From the NCBI GenBank assembly GCA_013265495.1, contig MU058815.1, positions 690,523 through 754,522 of the forward strand: DNA of 64,000 nt, read 5' to 3'. This stretch comes from Vicugna vicugna. Its lineage: Eukaryota. A program made the position numbers and the translations under genes. Each line of letters opens with the position of its first letter. The stretch's first letter is position 1. Of this stretch, positions 13,581-27,113 are shown one piece after another. The notes under the pieces were generated by a model. That model was not told the DNA's origin and made no database searches. It saw nothing but the letters and a program-made list of their open reading frames with translations.

Positions 13581-13926
13581 CATGGTGATGGAGGGTGATC
13601 CCCGAGGACTGGTGGGCTGGGCAGGCACCAGATGCGGGTGGAGCACTGATCATGGTGATGGAGGGTGATCCCCGAGGACTGGTGGGCTGGGCAAGTACCA
13701 GCTGCAGGTGGAGCACTGATCATGGTGATGGAGGGTGATCCCCGAGGACTGGTGGGCTGGGCAGGCACCAGATGCGGGTGGATCACTGATCATGGTGATG
13801 GAGGGTGATCCCTGAGGACTGGTGGGCTGGGCAGGTACCAGCTGCAGGTGGAGCACTGATCATGGTGATGGAGGGTGATCCCCGAGGACTGGTGGGCTGG
13901 GCAGGCACCAGATGCAGGTAGAGCAC
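13581..13926. repeat. 70-bp GC-rich minisatellite (~5 copies, A-B-A-B-A' arrangement)
   Basis: Unit catggtgatggagggtgatccccgaggactggtgggctgggcaggYaccagMtgcRggtggagcactgat starts at 13581, 13651, 13721, 13791 and 13861. Confidence 0.97.
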
Positions 13927-14685
13927 CCCTGTTGGGAGAGTTGCCCAAGAACCCGTGATACTTCATGAGAAGCCTCTTTGCTGTTCACGCATCTCCAAAA
14001 ACCAGAACATGTTCTATTCATCAGGGAGCTAGAGGCTATGGATTAAACCTTGACAGTCCATGCATATTCATAGAGCACATATGTTTTGAAAAATCAGTAC
14101 CTTATCCCATATGGTGATTCCAAACACAGTATTCTGCAAGTTCTAAGGCTCACTGTTAACTGAACGATGAAAATTCTAGTAATGATAAAAATAATACCAA
14201 TTGCAGGGTAAAATATTTGGGAAAGAATAGGACATTTTGATATCTACCTGAGAATTTAATGAGTTCTACCAAACCTACAGTTTAAAAAAGAAAGTGTCCT
14301 TAAGCCAAAATTAGCCTCCATGAAACAATTGCTTGCAGTGAAAATGTGGAGATGTGAACAAAAAGTAAGACACTTGGTTTTCTGGTATTCAGCAAGTGTC
14401 TGATCAGTAAGAAATAGTTAATATTACCTTTGGATTTAGGTACATTAATTAGAATCCCATAACATATATTGCCTAAAAATTATAGATGATTGAGGTGCTC
14501 TTTTAAAATTTGTCTATACTAAAACTGGAAAATTCAGTTTTGAAAAAAATTAGTGCAACTGGGTTTTTCCCTATGGGAGAATTGGTTCTTTTCAGTCCTC
14601 AAATTTTGCTGTTACTGTCTTCCTTAAAAATAAAAACAAAAGGAAAAAAACCCAAATTTTGATCACTCAGAAAAACATCTGGTAT

Positions 14686-14845
14686 TGTAGCCGCTGGTCA
14701 CAACTGGCTGAAATTAAAAGTTCAGTTCTTCGGTCCACTAGGCACATTTTAGGGGCTCCCTGACCACATGAGTGGGGGCTGCCGTGCTGGACATCGGGGA
14801 CAGAACACTTTTCTATCACCACAGAAATTTCAATTGGGCAGTGGT
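14686..14845 (-). mobile_element. MER3-like hAT-Charlie MITE fragment
   Basis: aaattaaaagttcagttcttcggtccactaggcacattt...gaacacttttctatcaccacagaaatttcaattgggcag. Confidence 0.7.
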
Positions 14846-17800
14846 TTTCTGGAGATTTCCCAGAAATAAACAATCGCAAACACATTACTTCAAAGTGAAT
14901 AACTGCAGAAGACTGAGTTCTTTGTGGGACTCATCCAGATGGAGAGAGAAAATTCTTTCCTAGACAGACTTGTTTTTCTACTTGTGGAAGTCACTCACAA
15001 TGGTTCTTTATATTACCTAGTACTCATATGACTTCAAAACCCTTTATTTTTAAACAGAGATACTTGTGTTTGACCCTCATCGCAGGTTGATCTAATTCTC
15101 TCTCTGAAGACAGACCTGAATGAAATCATTTATCTTTTGAAGTGTCAGGGCTGGGAATGGGTTCCAGGGTAAGACCAGTAAAAGCAAAGCTTAAGACTAC
15201 GAACTAACCCTTTATGTTTTGGGCAAATGATTCAACACAACAGATTTTTCAGAGGTTGAGTAGCAGAAAGATAACTGTGGTGTGAGACTGCATCTCCGTT
15301 ATCTGCAATCAGATGAAAGGATCCAGGGGACAGACACAGACAGTGGGGATGCAAACACACCTGCTGCTGCCTGGCTCTGGGATACGGCGCAGAGTCGCCA
15401 TCAGCTTTGATCTCACTGCTTTACATAAATATTAGGGAGAAAGTTCTCTGCTAAGGAGGACTGAGAACATACTTACAATGTAGGCCCCCATGTTGCTTTC
15501 TGGAAGTGAATGCCATCAAGCTTGGCAAGGAGGAGAAATTGAAGCCACGGGGCTAAGGAGTGAAAGGGAAGTGATGGGTAGAAGGTGGATATTTATGCAC
15601 CAGGTCCTTCCCAGGGTGATGCACGTTGATCACGTGTAATCCTGGTAAATACTCTGAGGGACAGACCATGTTACCCTAGCAGCTAGATGTGGAAATGGGG
15701 ACTCAGCCAAGTCCCCTTATAATTCGTCGAGCTGATGCATGGAGTGGAGAAGGCGGAATTGCACACACAAGCTATCAGTCTACGTCTTGTTGGCTGTTCT
15801 GCAATCTGTCTGAGTCTTGCTCTGAACATAATGCCCCGCACATTCTGGATTCCACGGAGTCATCAGTTTTCAGCCCTCAACACCTCACTCTCTCCCTATA
15901 CTTTTTCTCAGACGAAAGGCAGAAATATGGCCACGGCTGAATCTGCTCAGAGCTGATTCAGCACTGCTGGGGGAGAAGGGGCGTGGTCCTACCAGGATGA
16001 CCCATGTGGCAGGTGGGGCTTTGTGGGACCTGACGTTTATGCTCTGTGCATGGTCGGATGGGGGCCCGACACTCGTGCAGCTCTGTCCACACACAGTCTA
16101 GTGAGAGTGGCTGCCAGGTGAGAGGGTGAGGAGAACTTCTATTTTCTCATCCTGAAAAGCTCACTTTTATGCACCAAAATGGGGAGAGGTAAAAGGAGAA
16201 AGGATGAAGCAGTTGATGGAAGTATGAAACTGGGGGAAAGGACAGCTTCAGTGTTTTAAAAACCATCTAGTGTTACTTGAATTTTTTACCCAGGCATGCC
16301 ATGTAGTAGCTTTGTTTTTGTTGGTATTTCTTTATGTCAACAGAGTTTTCTGATGGGCGAGGCATTGGCCCACGTCTCGTTTTTTTCTTTTCAATTCAGA
16401 AACAAGTGAACGATGTAATACATAAGCACAGGGAGTCTTCGAAAAACTAAATAATTAATAATAATAATAATGATAAATGTCATAACAGTAAACAAAAAAG
16501 TAGCACCTGACCTGTACTGTAAAGTCACATGCCAGCTACTGAGGAATGGGAGCCTCAGTCTCAGATATGATAGAGCAAGGCTGGTGTGGGCACCTGTGCC
16601 ATTCTCTCATTGTTCTAGAAACACTCAAAGTGAGATTGAATAAACTGATAAATCACGCCACATGTTTTTAAAGAGAAACATCATTTTAGTAAAAACTTCA
16701 AGACCGTTTCATTAATAAGTCCCAAATATTATGTTAGTAAAATCCTCCTTGCCCAAATGATTCTATTTAATTTCTATATCTTTGAGGATCAAATACACAT
16801 TTGTTTACGAAGAGGTACATTGACACTCGAGTATCTGAATACAGTTAAAACCACATGGCACAAATGTTTTATTTCCTACATAGATCACAGTTTTCTACCT
16901 GTTGAGTAATGTTAATTTTTAATATTTGTTGAAAAATTCTCGTGTCCAGCTAGATTAGTTATCCTTTGCAAATTATAGATCTTTTGCTTTCTTCGTTAGC
17001 CCAGCTAGTGCATCGAACATCATCACTGATGAATTATCCGTGCTGAAGCTCGGTCATTAAGCTGTTATTAAAATAAAATGACAACTCCGGGAAAAGTTAG
17101 AGAATTAAAAAGATGATTTCAACCATGACCCACAATGTGATCTGAAAGAGGGAAACTAGATACACGCGAAGTCTTGCCAAACAACAGAGTAACTGATCAC
17201 GAGGTGGGCGAGGCTGGCAGAACTAAGGACAGTAAACTGTTGTTTCAAACATTTACACAAATGATATGTTTTGTCCATTGTCACGTAAAAATGCAAGACA
17301 GTACGTGAAAGCAAAGTGCCCTCCCCAGTCCTTGTTCCTGTTCGATCTCAAATGCAGTGGCTGTTCTCAATATCCAGGCTTTTTCTGTGCTTCTAAGAGC
17401 GAGACATTACGTGTATATGTATTTGTATACATTAAGCTCATTAGAGAACCAGTGCACACTCTGTGGATGTCCCCCTACAGATCTGATGACAGCAACACGC
17501 TTCCTGCTGGCGATTTACTGGGAAACAGCTCTCTGTGGACATTTGGCCGTATTTACCGAGCAGGCGCTAACTTTTCTATTATCCTCGCGCGAAGAGACAG
17601 TCCTTTAAATTATCCATTCTGTGAAAGGAGAAAAGAACACAGCGAGCCATTTTCATATTCATCCCTGGATTTGCTTTAAATATTTGAAAAAAAATTAATG
17701 AATGTTTTGAAAAAGTAAAATGACGTAGATAATTAAGTCAGCATAAAAAATTGAGTTTAGGTAAATCTGTAAATACACGTCGCCCCCTTCCCTGCCAAGA

Positions 17801-18537
17801 CGCGGGCCTCGGTTCTCCAGAATGACTGCATCTCTGCTGAGCTGCGCTCCGGCCGGACGTCGGCCCTGTTCGTGTGCACAAGCGTACAAAGCGAGATGGG
17901 TAAGTCTGGTCATTCGGGCTCTTATTCATATAAATATATGTTCTCTCTCTTTTTTTTTTAAGTTTAATTGCATTGAATTGAATTCTCATTTGTAGAAAAT
18001 TTATGGAAAGCAGCTTTTAAACCAACACAATTATTTTTTAAATGAGGCGGAGCTGCTGGCTTGCCAAATCATATTCACGTCTTTTTAAAAAAGAATTTTA
18101 TTTGTAACATGGTTGAAGCAAGCAAAGGGTATAATTATCACATGATTTAAAAATTGATTACAACGCGAATGTTTAGATGGGAACAGGCCATTGAGGGAGG
18201 TTGAACTAATGTACTTCAGATATTCAATTACCACGAGGTAGCACTAGAATCAGAGTTTCTTACTTAATTATAGGGTTTAATTCTGGACTCCAGACACCAT
18301 GGCTTTGGAAAGAATCTTACATGTCTACAGGCTGTAAGGTTTGAATCTACAGGTTTCCTGCGATGCCTCTTTAAATTTACTCTACCCTTGAGAATCCCTC
18401 TGCCTTATTTAAAAGAAAGAAAGAAGAGCTATCTGGAGAAAATATAAGGACAAAGCAAAGTGACAGCCACTAGCAGAAGTGGTTACAGGACCCCTGTCCC
18501 CTACCTGCCTTCCTTTGCACTTAAACACTGAAAAGCT

Positions 18538-18680
18538 GGGAGGGTATAGCTCCATGGTAGAGCATGTGCTTAGCATGCACGATGTCCTGGGTCCAGTCCC
18601 AAGTACCTCCATTAAATTAAAAAATAAATAAATCTTATTACCTCCCCTTCAGCAAAAAAAAAAAAAATAATAAATAAAAA
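18538..18680 (+). mobile_element. tRNA-derived SINE (Vic-1-like)
   Basis: gggagggtatagctccatggtagagcatgtgcttagcatgcac...ttacctcccc plus poly(A). Flanking repeat ttaaacactgaa at 18521 and ~18705. Confidence 0.9.
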
Positions 18681-20473
18681 CACAAAACACAAAACCCTCC
18701 ACATTTAAACACTGAACATTCTTTCCTTCTTCTTTATATTATGAACGTATACCAAATTTGCATGTTGAATAAGCAATGTCATATTACTCTGGTAACAAAA
18801 TAAATTTCCCTTAATAAGAAAAAATCCCTTTTTCTGCTCTTTTATTCAGATCAAATCTCGTTTCATGCATATTAATGAAAAACTTACGTTTAACATATAT
18901 CATAGGGTAGGAATTCAAAACTGAGCATCCTCGGAGGCTCTAATTAAAAATATTAAAGGGTTCATTCTCTTCCATTCTCCGTAGGATGAACTGTGTTCTC
19001 TAGCAGTTCTCGACCAGCGTCTGAGGAGCCCACAGCGGAGAGGAAGTGCAACCTCCAGGGCTTTCCTCTTCTAGGCAGACGGAAGTGGCCCCCTGGAGCT
19101 GCCTTCTGCATCCTGCAACGTTACAGGCAAGGCAACAAGCGCTCGCATTCATATACGTCCCTTTTATACGCAGCATCATAATAAGCCACGTGGAAGAGTG
19201 ACCTCCTTGCTCCTTTGTTAGATGTGCATCCTGGTACAAGTGCTACACATGATCTTCAGGACAGTCCAATGATATTAAGCCAAAATCAAATCGTTATTGC
19301 TGTGAATATGTTATCTTCATGGAGCATCTAGTATAATCCTCTCCTTAATAATCTGAATCAAATTCACTGTATTTTCTCAATCAGACCCATAATTACAGAA
19401 GACTTCAGATAATTATGTTCTCACCCAAATAAAGCGACAACCCTTCTTTAGCAGAACTGTCTCTGTGCCTCTGTGTCTCTGAGGGTGGCTTGGAATAACA
19501 GTTTTCTTCAGCAGCGGCAGCAGTCAATTAACAGATACATCAATCTTTCATTTTTCTTTCACTTGGCTGAATCCTGAGGACAGGTTGAGAAGAAAGTCTC
19601 TCCAGCAGGCATTAGGGTAGTTGGGGTCCTCATATCAGCTCGACTTTGGGGGCCCAAGTACAAATGCAGTTCCCCCAAGGAAAGAAACGTCCGTGGGTAA
19701 ATTTATGATCAAAGTTTGTGAATAGTTTGAAAAGTTTCAGGAAGACAATTTACTTACAATCGTCTCTGTGTGCAGTGTACGGTCTGAGCGTTTCTGAGGC
19801 AGTCATGAGATTTTATCAGAAGTGACCCAGAGAAAGTGGTAACAGTAAAACCTGAGATCTCAGGGTATCGTCCTTGTAAATGAATATTCCTCCTTGGGGT
19901 TTTCATCGTTAACACCGAGAAGAACTTTATACCGTGTGATGACACGGACTTTCTTTTAGGTTGACTATTAGAAAATTGAAAGTTGAAACGATAGATTTTC
20001 TATAGACTCTTTCTCTTGAAGAAAATTGCAGATTTAGACCAGTGTTTAAAGAAAAGGCTATTGGTAGATCTTATGATTCTGCTGCTAATGAGAAAACTCT
20101 AAGTGACTCGGTTTCCTCTGTTTTGAACCTGTTACTGTGGTTGAAGACGGTGGCCTTCACCGTGTGGGAACCAGGTCTAGTGCTGCCTCTGGCTGAGCCT
20201 TTCCCCCTCCAGCGTCTGAGACCTATGGCATAGGCTGGCGAGGCTTTGGTAAGATGCTGAAAATAACATCTTTTAAAAAGCAGGCTTTCCAGGGAAATGC
20301 TCAGGCGGCACACCTGGCCACACCAGCTCTTGGGTATGCATGTTAGCTCCCTTGATTTAGCTCAGTTCCCTCTGATATTTTTCACGTGGAATGTGGGAGA
20401 GGAATTGGACATCTTGCACAACTTAGTTGATGGCTCTCCAACGATCTCACAAGACGACTGCTCAGTAATGCCT

Positions 20474-20838
20474 GGAGATGGTCATTCTAGGTGAAGTAAG
20501 CCAGAAAGAGAAAGAAAAATGCCGTATGATACCACTTATATGTGGAATCTACAAAAAAGGACACAAATAAACTTCCCTGCGGAAGAGAAACAGACTCACA
20601 GACATGGAGAACAAGCTTAACGATTACCAGGAGGTAAAGGAGTTGGGAAAGGACAAATGGGGAATTCGAAAATTGCACCTCTTGGGGAGTGAGGGAAATG
20701 TGAGCTATCTTGATTGTGGTGGTGGTTTCATGGGTGTTCACATCTATCAAAATTCATCAAATTGTACATCTGAAATATGTGTCGTTTACCGTACAGGAAC
20801 CAGACCACAATAAGGGTGTTAAATAATTAAAAAAAAAT
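20474..20838 (+). mobile_element. Chimeric L1 3' end: younger L1 ORF2-end/3'UTR (to ~20678) joined to an old L1ME/MD-like tail
   Basis: gtgaagtaagccagaaagagaaagaaaaatgcc...agactcacagacatggagaacaag, then an abrupt switch to tatcttgattgtggtggtggtttcatgggtg...aaaattcatcaaattgtaca and an A-tail. Confidence 0.7.
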
Positions 20839-23249
20839 CTTTGGGAGTCTTTACCCATTCATGTGACTGAGTTAGCTACTTCTGTAAATTTGGGTGAGTT
20901 CATCTTTCTAGGACTCAATTTACTTACATGTATGCAAGAGAGTTCTAGATAAATCATAGACGCTAATCAGTGTGCACGTCTCTTTGAGGACAGTAAATAG
21001 TGGAGGACAGTCTGATAGGGGCCACAGTTCTCAGAGTCGCAGTTTCTGCGCCCATGAGTAGCTGCCTGTGTTTCCATCAGCCGTCTGTGTTCCCCATTAG
21101 GCATGCGCCTCCTTAATGCACCAGGTATCTGGACGTAAAATCGGACAAGATAAATCATAGACGTGCGTTTTCTTCGCCATTTCCTCACGACCTGTATTTC
21201 CTTTCCCCATCAAAATCAACTTTCCACATTTCTTAAAGGAGAGTCTTTTGTCAAAAATGTGAATTATTTCTAGACATCCGAGAGAAAGAGGGTTTGGCCC
21301 TCACTCTGCTGGAGGAAAGTTTCCAGATCGTGAGTAACAGATCCTATAAGGGTATTAGTTTTCTTAACAGAGTCTTCATTTTCATTTTCCTCTTGGGCAC
21401 ATGGGAACGAGCGCGGAAAATGTGCTTCTCATTTTTGTTTTGTTTTGTTTTACTTTACGTGAAAAAATAAGGTCTCTTTCCTTTTCCATTAAAATCCCTT
21501 TTTTTCATATTCGAGATGGGTTGTAAAAGGCTCATTTATGGAGTCAGGAAACAATTTTTAAAGGGTAAGTCAATGTCGCAACATTGCAAAGCAGATATAA
21601 TTTCACAAAGTGAAACCGAACTGGAGGAATTTTTTAGAATATTACGAGTAAATTTTATTATTTGCCTCCTGTGAAGCCCAATCAAATCATAAAGTTAAAT
21701 TAGCTTAATTTACTGAACTGTACTGTTTGACTGAGCTTTAGAGGGCAGACACAGGTCAGCTAATAATTATTCTCTTAATGAGCTAGTAAAACAGGCGCCC
21801 GTGAGTCAGAATAAGCAAATTCGGAGGGGGTCTGACCTGGCGCGTGACAGGAGCCTTTTCCAGACTTAACCATTGCTGTGATTGACCTCCCCACACAGAA
21901 TTCATGGCTTAAGCTATGTGCCCATCAAATATAATCGTTTCTAGTCCACTCTTCAGAAAGGAAGTTTTACAGTAAGATTTCACTCAGCCCTTTTCTTCTC
22001 TTTATTTGAGGGAGATTTCTGGTGTTGCTTTCAACTCTGGGTGACGGAGGATCTACCAGAGACCAACCCCCAAGCCGAGGGGACGCCTGTGGGTCCATCC
22101 GTCTTCTCCCACGGCTGTAACCCGTGAACACAATGACCAAAATGGCACAGGACAGATTAGCTCCAAGGACTAATTTAGTCTTCTCAGAAGTCTCTTTCTA
22201 CTCGAATCATTTGATAGAAGAGACTCACAGTGAGAATGGGGAGCAGACAATGTGCGAGAAATGACAAGTCCGTTGTTGGCAATTTCCTGCGAAAACCTTT
22301 AAAGGATAAACTGTCTGAAAAGAACGTGATTAGAGATGGAAAAAAAAAATCTATGAATTCGAATGACCCCAGGAAAACTCGCAGACTCCTTCCTTTAGTG
22401 AGTGCAGTCAACTAGACGACTGAACAAGATACGTTTTTCCTTTGCTAAATTTTAAATTGCATTAATTACTTTGATTTTATTATAGTACCATATTCAAAGA
22501 CAGTATTATTTCAATAATGTCAGTAGCATTTGTGTCTTATGTTCTCTCCCCTGGACCTCTGCTTTTGCTGGTGGTGGTGGTTTTTGTTTGTTTGTTTGTT
22601 TTACTTTGGTCAGTTAGGAGTAGGCAGACATCAATGAAGCTGTTAAATTCATCTTATGACCATTTAGGAGAAAGGCGTCAAAACTCCGCAGGATGTGAAG
22701 GCATGAGACGGGATTTGTACATATTGGTTTACTTTCTAATATTCAGTGTATTAGTTGTTAAATCTCCATAGCCGTTGAATCTCCAGTTTGGAAAATTCCT
22801 GTGTGAATTGATCATTTACCTAAGTACACTGTTTTAGAGTTTAATTGGCCTGATGTGACATGTGCAGTGGAATCTGAACGACTTCTAGTCAGCTTCTCCT
22901 CTGATTTTTGACATACTGCTGCTGAGTAATGTTTTAGACCCATTCCCCAGCCCCTGCCGTGGTGTTGGGTTCACCGATTAGGACACTGAAGAAGTCAGGA
23001 TACAATTATTCTGTATGACATTGCTGAGTTTTTTTTTTAACTTCGAATAAATATAGGTAATTGCTGCAACAGAAATACGTCAGAAATTATCCCCGATGTC
23101 CAAGGGTTCCACTCATAATGGTTCCACTAGACACACAAGCCATGTGGAGTCATTGGGTTCTTCAGGGCTTAACCACTGGTTTAGATCTGAGACAGCAATA
23201 GACAATTTCAACCAAAAAGTTAATTTCTATTATATTATACTATGTCTTA

Positions 23250-23530
23250 TATTTAGGTAATGGATTCATTTTGAGTTAATTTTAGCATATGGTATTAGGT
23301 AAGGCCTCAACTTCATTCTTTTGCACATGGATCTGAAGTCTTCCCAGAACCAATCGTTGAAAAGACTGCCTTTTCCTCCATTGCATGGCCTTGGCACCTT
23401 TGTTAAAAATCGTTTGATAAGGTTTATTTCTGAACTCTCTATTCTGTTCCATTGGTCTAAAAGTCTGTCTTTCCACTGGTCCCACACTATTTTGGTTATT
23501 AGAGTTTCGAAAACAGTATAGGTAAGCCAA
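23250..23530 (-). mobile_element. L1 ORF2 fragment
   Basis: Minus-strand translations include DQWNRIESSEIN and LRPYLIPYAKINSK, both L1 ORF2 C-terminal motifs. Confidence 0.85.
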
Positions 23531-24011
23531 AATAAAATTTTCAAAAAGGTTACCTTCTCTTAGTTAAGACGGAGTCTATGTTCTTGAAAGTACAACCAAC
23601 CAGACCAAGAACTAGGGCATTCATTGGCTTAGGTGCCCACGCCTAGAATTCCCAAGGGGCCAGCTGCACCCAAGCCAGCTTGAGTCTATTAGGCTGCACC
23701 AAAGTTTCATATGTCCCCCTTAGAGTAGAAGGAAAAACGCTACTTTTATAATACAAGTTTTAGTCCACACGAGTAGTTTGATAGTGTTAGTATTTCCTAA
23801 ATCAGTAAGAACAGATATAAATTAATGTCTGTGTTACTCACCTTAAATTTATGATTAGAGCCATGGAAGCTTGTTTTTTTTAAATTTACACATATCCTTG
23901 CTCCACCATAGATCTGACACCATCCTTTCTTAATATGCTCCCTTGAATAAATCCTTCTTTGTGGTATTGCTTGCTAGTTTCCAACTTGCTGTGAATTAGG
24001 ATCACCTAATG

Positions 24012-24270
24012 ATGTGATGTGTAACTATTGGGGCAAATCGGGTAAGAGGGACGGAGGACTTCTCTGTACTATCTTTGCAACTCCCTACATTTGCATCTAC
24101 AATTATTTTAAAATAAAAAGTTCAAAAAATGACTAATACAAAGAAAAAAGAACTAGTTATGCAAGATGTTACCATGGGCGGACTCAGGTGAAGGGCAGGT
24201 GGAAACTTTGTAGTATTTTTCCATCTGCATGTGAATCTATAATTATTTCAAAGGAAAATGTTTAGATAAA
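24012..24270 (+). mobile_element. Two adjacent old L1MC/MD-like 3' termini
   Basis: Two successive similar segments: ...ctctgtactatctttgcaac...tctacaattattttaaaataaaaagtt and ...tttgtagtatttttccatc...tctataattatttcaaaggaaaatgtt. Confidence 0.6.
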
Positions 24271-26850
24271 AACTTAGAACTACTTGAAGAGTTTAAAATG
24301 CTGATCCTCAGGCCCCCAGATATAGATTCTGCTTTACTGGACTAACGGACACGGCCAAGGTTGAGGACCTCGAGTAGAGTGAATGGTACCAATGTGTTAG
24401 AACATGTACAACTGGGGATTCCATGTAGTCTGCAATATTTTGGTAATTGGTCGATACTTTTCACATCGCATAACTGTATTTTAAGTCTGTCAGCATAAAA
24501 GTTTTTAAGGGAATATAATGAAATGCATACACCTTTAGTTTCATTATAAAAAGCATTTATTTGATCACTCTATGATGGCGCTAAATAATGCTTTTAAAAG
24601 CATTTAAGTCTGCTTTCTCATTGACTTGAAATGTGCACACAGTGTTAGAGACAAGCATATGTTGCATTCCATTCTGAAGATATGAGCTGAATTCCAATCA
24701 TAATATGATTTTATTGTATTACATTTACGATTTAAGCAATTATGATTTGTTTTGCTTCTTTTTGTATATATATTTGTACTCGCATATATTTGACAATTTT
24801 TCTTTGATTTTCAATATAATCTGTTGTACAGAAGGATCTTCTTAGGAAAAATATATGAAGCTGCTATAATTTCAGATCACAGGAACCCAGAAGCAGACTG
24901 TTTATAATACCACCTGCCTTTAGAATTCCTGAAGCTTTGACGTTTCTAATTTATGATACAGTAGATGGTTGATTTATGTGGAAAATAACTTTTACCTGAG
25001 CTATTAAGTGATGACGTCTGTACAGTTTCTATTTGGATCAAAATTTATGATTTATATTCTGACTTTGTATTTTTCTTTTCACTTACAAGGTATGACAGAA
25101 GTTGTAATACTTATCTTGCTCTATATCAGGGTCAAAGCGGCAGGCATTACCAAGACATAAACTTGTACCCCCAAAATTTCAAAAATCTAAAAAAAATGAA
25201 GGTAGTACTAAGACATCTTAAAAGTGAGCTTATTATTCAAAACACAGTGAATAAAAGTCAGAAAGAGTATTTCTTCTGATTGGCAACCAGCACTATGACA
25301 ACGTGACTTTTTTGCTATGTCAGGGGCTCTAGTGGATGAGAACCCTGTCTGCTGTCCTGATAAAGGCAGTGCGTCGCAGAGCCATCAGATCGCTTATAAC
25401 CCAGCCTCAGAGATGTTGCTGCTGGAGGCTCTGCTCAGCGCTGTTCCATGATCTACTTGTTTAACGTGATTTAGGTGTGGTCATCAATCACTGTTTGGCA
25501 GTTACTTTCTGGTTCCGACTCGATCTCCTAAGACTACATTTAATTTGTATAATGACTGTGAGTTTTAAATACGAGGCTTTGAGCTGTGGCCCTGCTCTCT
25601 TAAAAATGAGACAAGATTTGCCTTCAAGGACTCCAGGGCTTGGCTTTATGCGGAAACCTATGTTGTGCCCTCCAAACTGACTGTTGGAATTTGCAAAATA
25701 AAACTAGAACGTATTTAAACGAGGGCGGCTATGGAGAAGGAGACGTGCGGAAACAGCAGGGAAATAGGTGGTAACTTCCATGAGGGAAAGAATATGAACT
25801 TGTTGTTGTTGAAAGATCTTTTTTTTTTTCTCCCTCACAAAAGCAGTAACCACAAAAGCTTGTTCTTAACCTGGCTGTGATTTTGTATCGAGCTGACAGG
25901 AAAGCAAGTGATCTCAATATTGGTTTAGGACAATGGGATGGGCTTGAAATGTGCTTAAAGAATATACACCAGAAAGAGAAAGAAAAATGCCATATAATAT
26001 TGCTTGTATGTGGAATCTAAATAAAAGGGACACAAATGAACTGCATATTATTTATAACTTAGAAGTTTGATTTCTTGAATACGTGTAAGCCCGTTTGTCC
26101 TTTCTGATTGGATTACTGCATTCTATTTATTCTTATTTTGTACTTGGTTTTACTCCTTTGATAACTATGTAAGTTTAAAAAGCTGAAGCTTTAAACTGTT
26201 CTTAGGAACAATGAACAGTACATATATGTAAATTTTAAAATTGTTTTTTAAAAAAAGATTGTAGCACTTGCCTAATCCAAGTTATCCACCAGAAAAAAAA
26301 AAGTTGAAAAATGGACATCTTAATTAACTTCTATAGTTTGATTGGGTTTGGTCTTTATTTGTGATCTGAATAGATCTGAAGCATCCATGATTGAAAGGAT
26401 GGATTGAAAGGATGCTTATGGAATTTTGCCCATCATGTCCTCATTCATCAGTCACATTCTCTCCCCATGTTTCTAGTTACATTCCACTCAAGGTAAAATT
26501 AAAGATTATACAGCAGTGAGCTTTCACTTTAAATTTAAACACAATTTATCTGAAATCTGTGCACGTACCTTTGGTTTACTAGGAGCGAAGCATTTCAGTA
26601 CAAGTTCAGTATATTATGAGATGGACTATTTGTTTGGTTTCTCTGATTTTTCAGGAAATTAAACTCAGGAAATGCTGATACAAACCTACAAAAATTCACA
26701 CCACAAAATATCGTATAATTTTATTTTAAATAACAAGCTAAAACCCAAGTTCTGAGTGTATTTTCCAACTTCTGTTATGAATTAGAATTGATACTGCCTT
26801 TACATTTTACTCTAGTAAATTGCCCAGGGCCAGTCTACACCATGATCTTT

Positions 26851-27113
26851 TTATTTTATTTTATTTTATTTTATTGAGTTGTAGTCAGTTTATAATGTTG
26901 TGTCAATTTCCAGTGTGGAGCACAATTTTTCAGTTCTACATGAACATACATATATTCATTGTCACATACTTTTTCACCGTGAGCTACCACAAGATCTTGT
27001 ATATATTTCCCTGTGCTACACAGTATAATCTTGTTTATCTATTCTATATATACTTGTCAGTATCTACAAATTTGGAATTCCCAGTCTGTCCCTTCCCACC
27101 CCTCTCCCCACTG
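26851..27113 (-). mobile_element. Young L1 3' end, 5'-truncated
   Basis: (TTTTA)n tail and ttattgagttgtagtcagtttataatg. TSD caccatgatcttt (26838-26850) / caccatggtcttt (27114-27126). Confidence 0.9.

Noticed and set aside
13581..13926. CRISPR-like array, or coding ORFs 13580-13856
   Set aside because: Units are contiguous near-identical 70-mers without unique spacers, in mammalian DNA with no cas genes. The ORFs are translations of the repeat.
19754..19855. Minus-strand exon candidate with GTAAGT donor
   Set aside because: Acceptor lacks a pyrimidine tract and the translation is unrecognisable.
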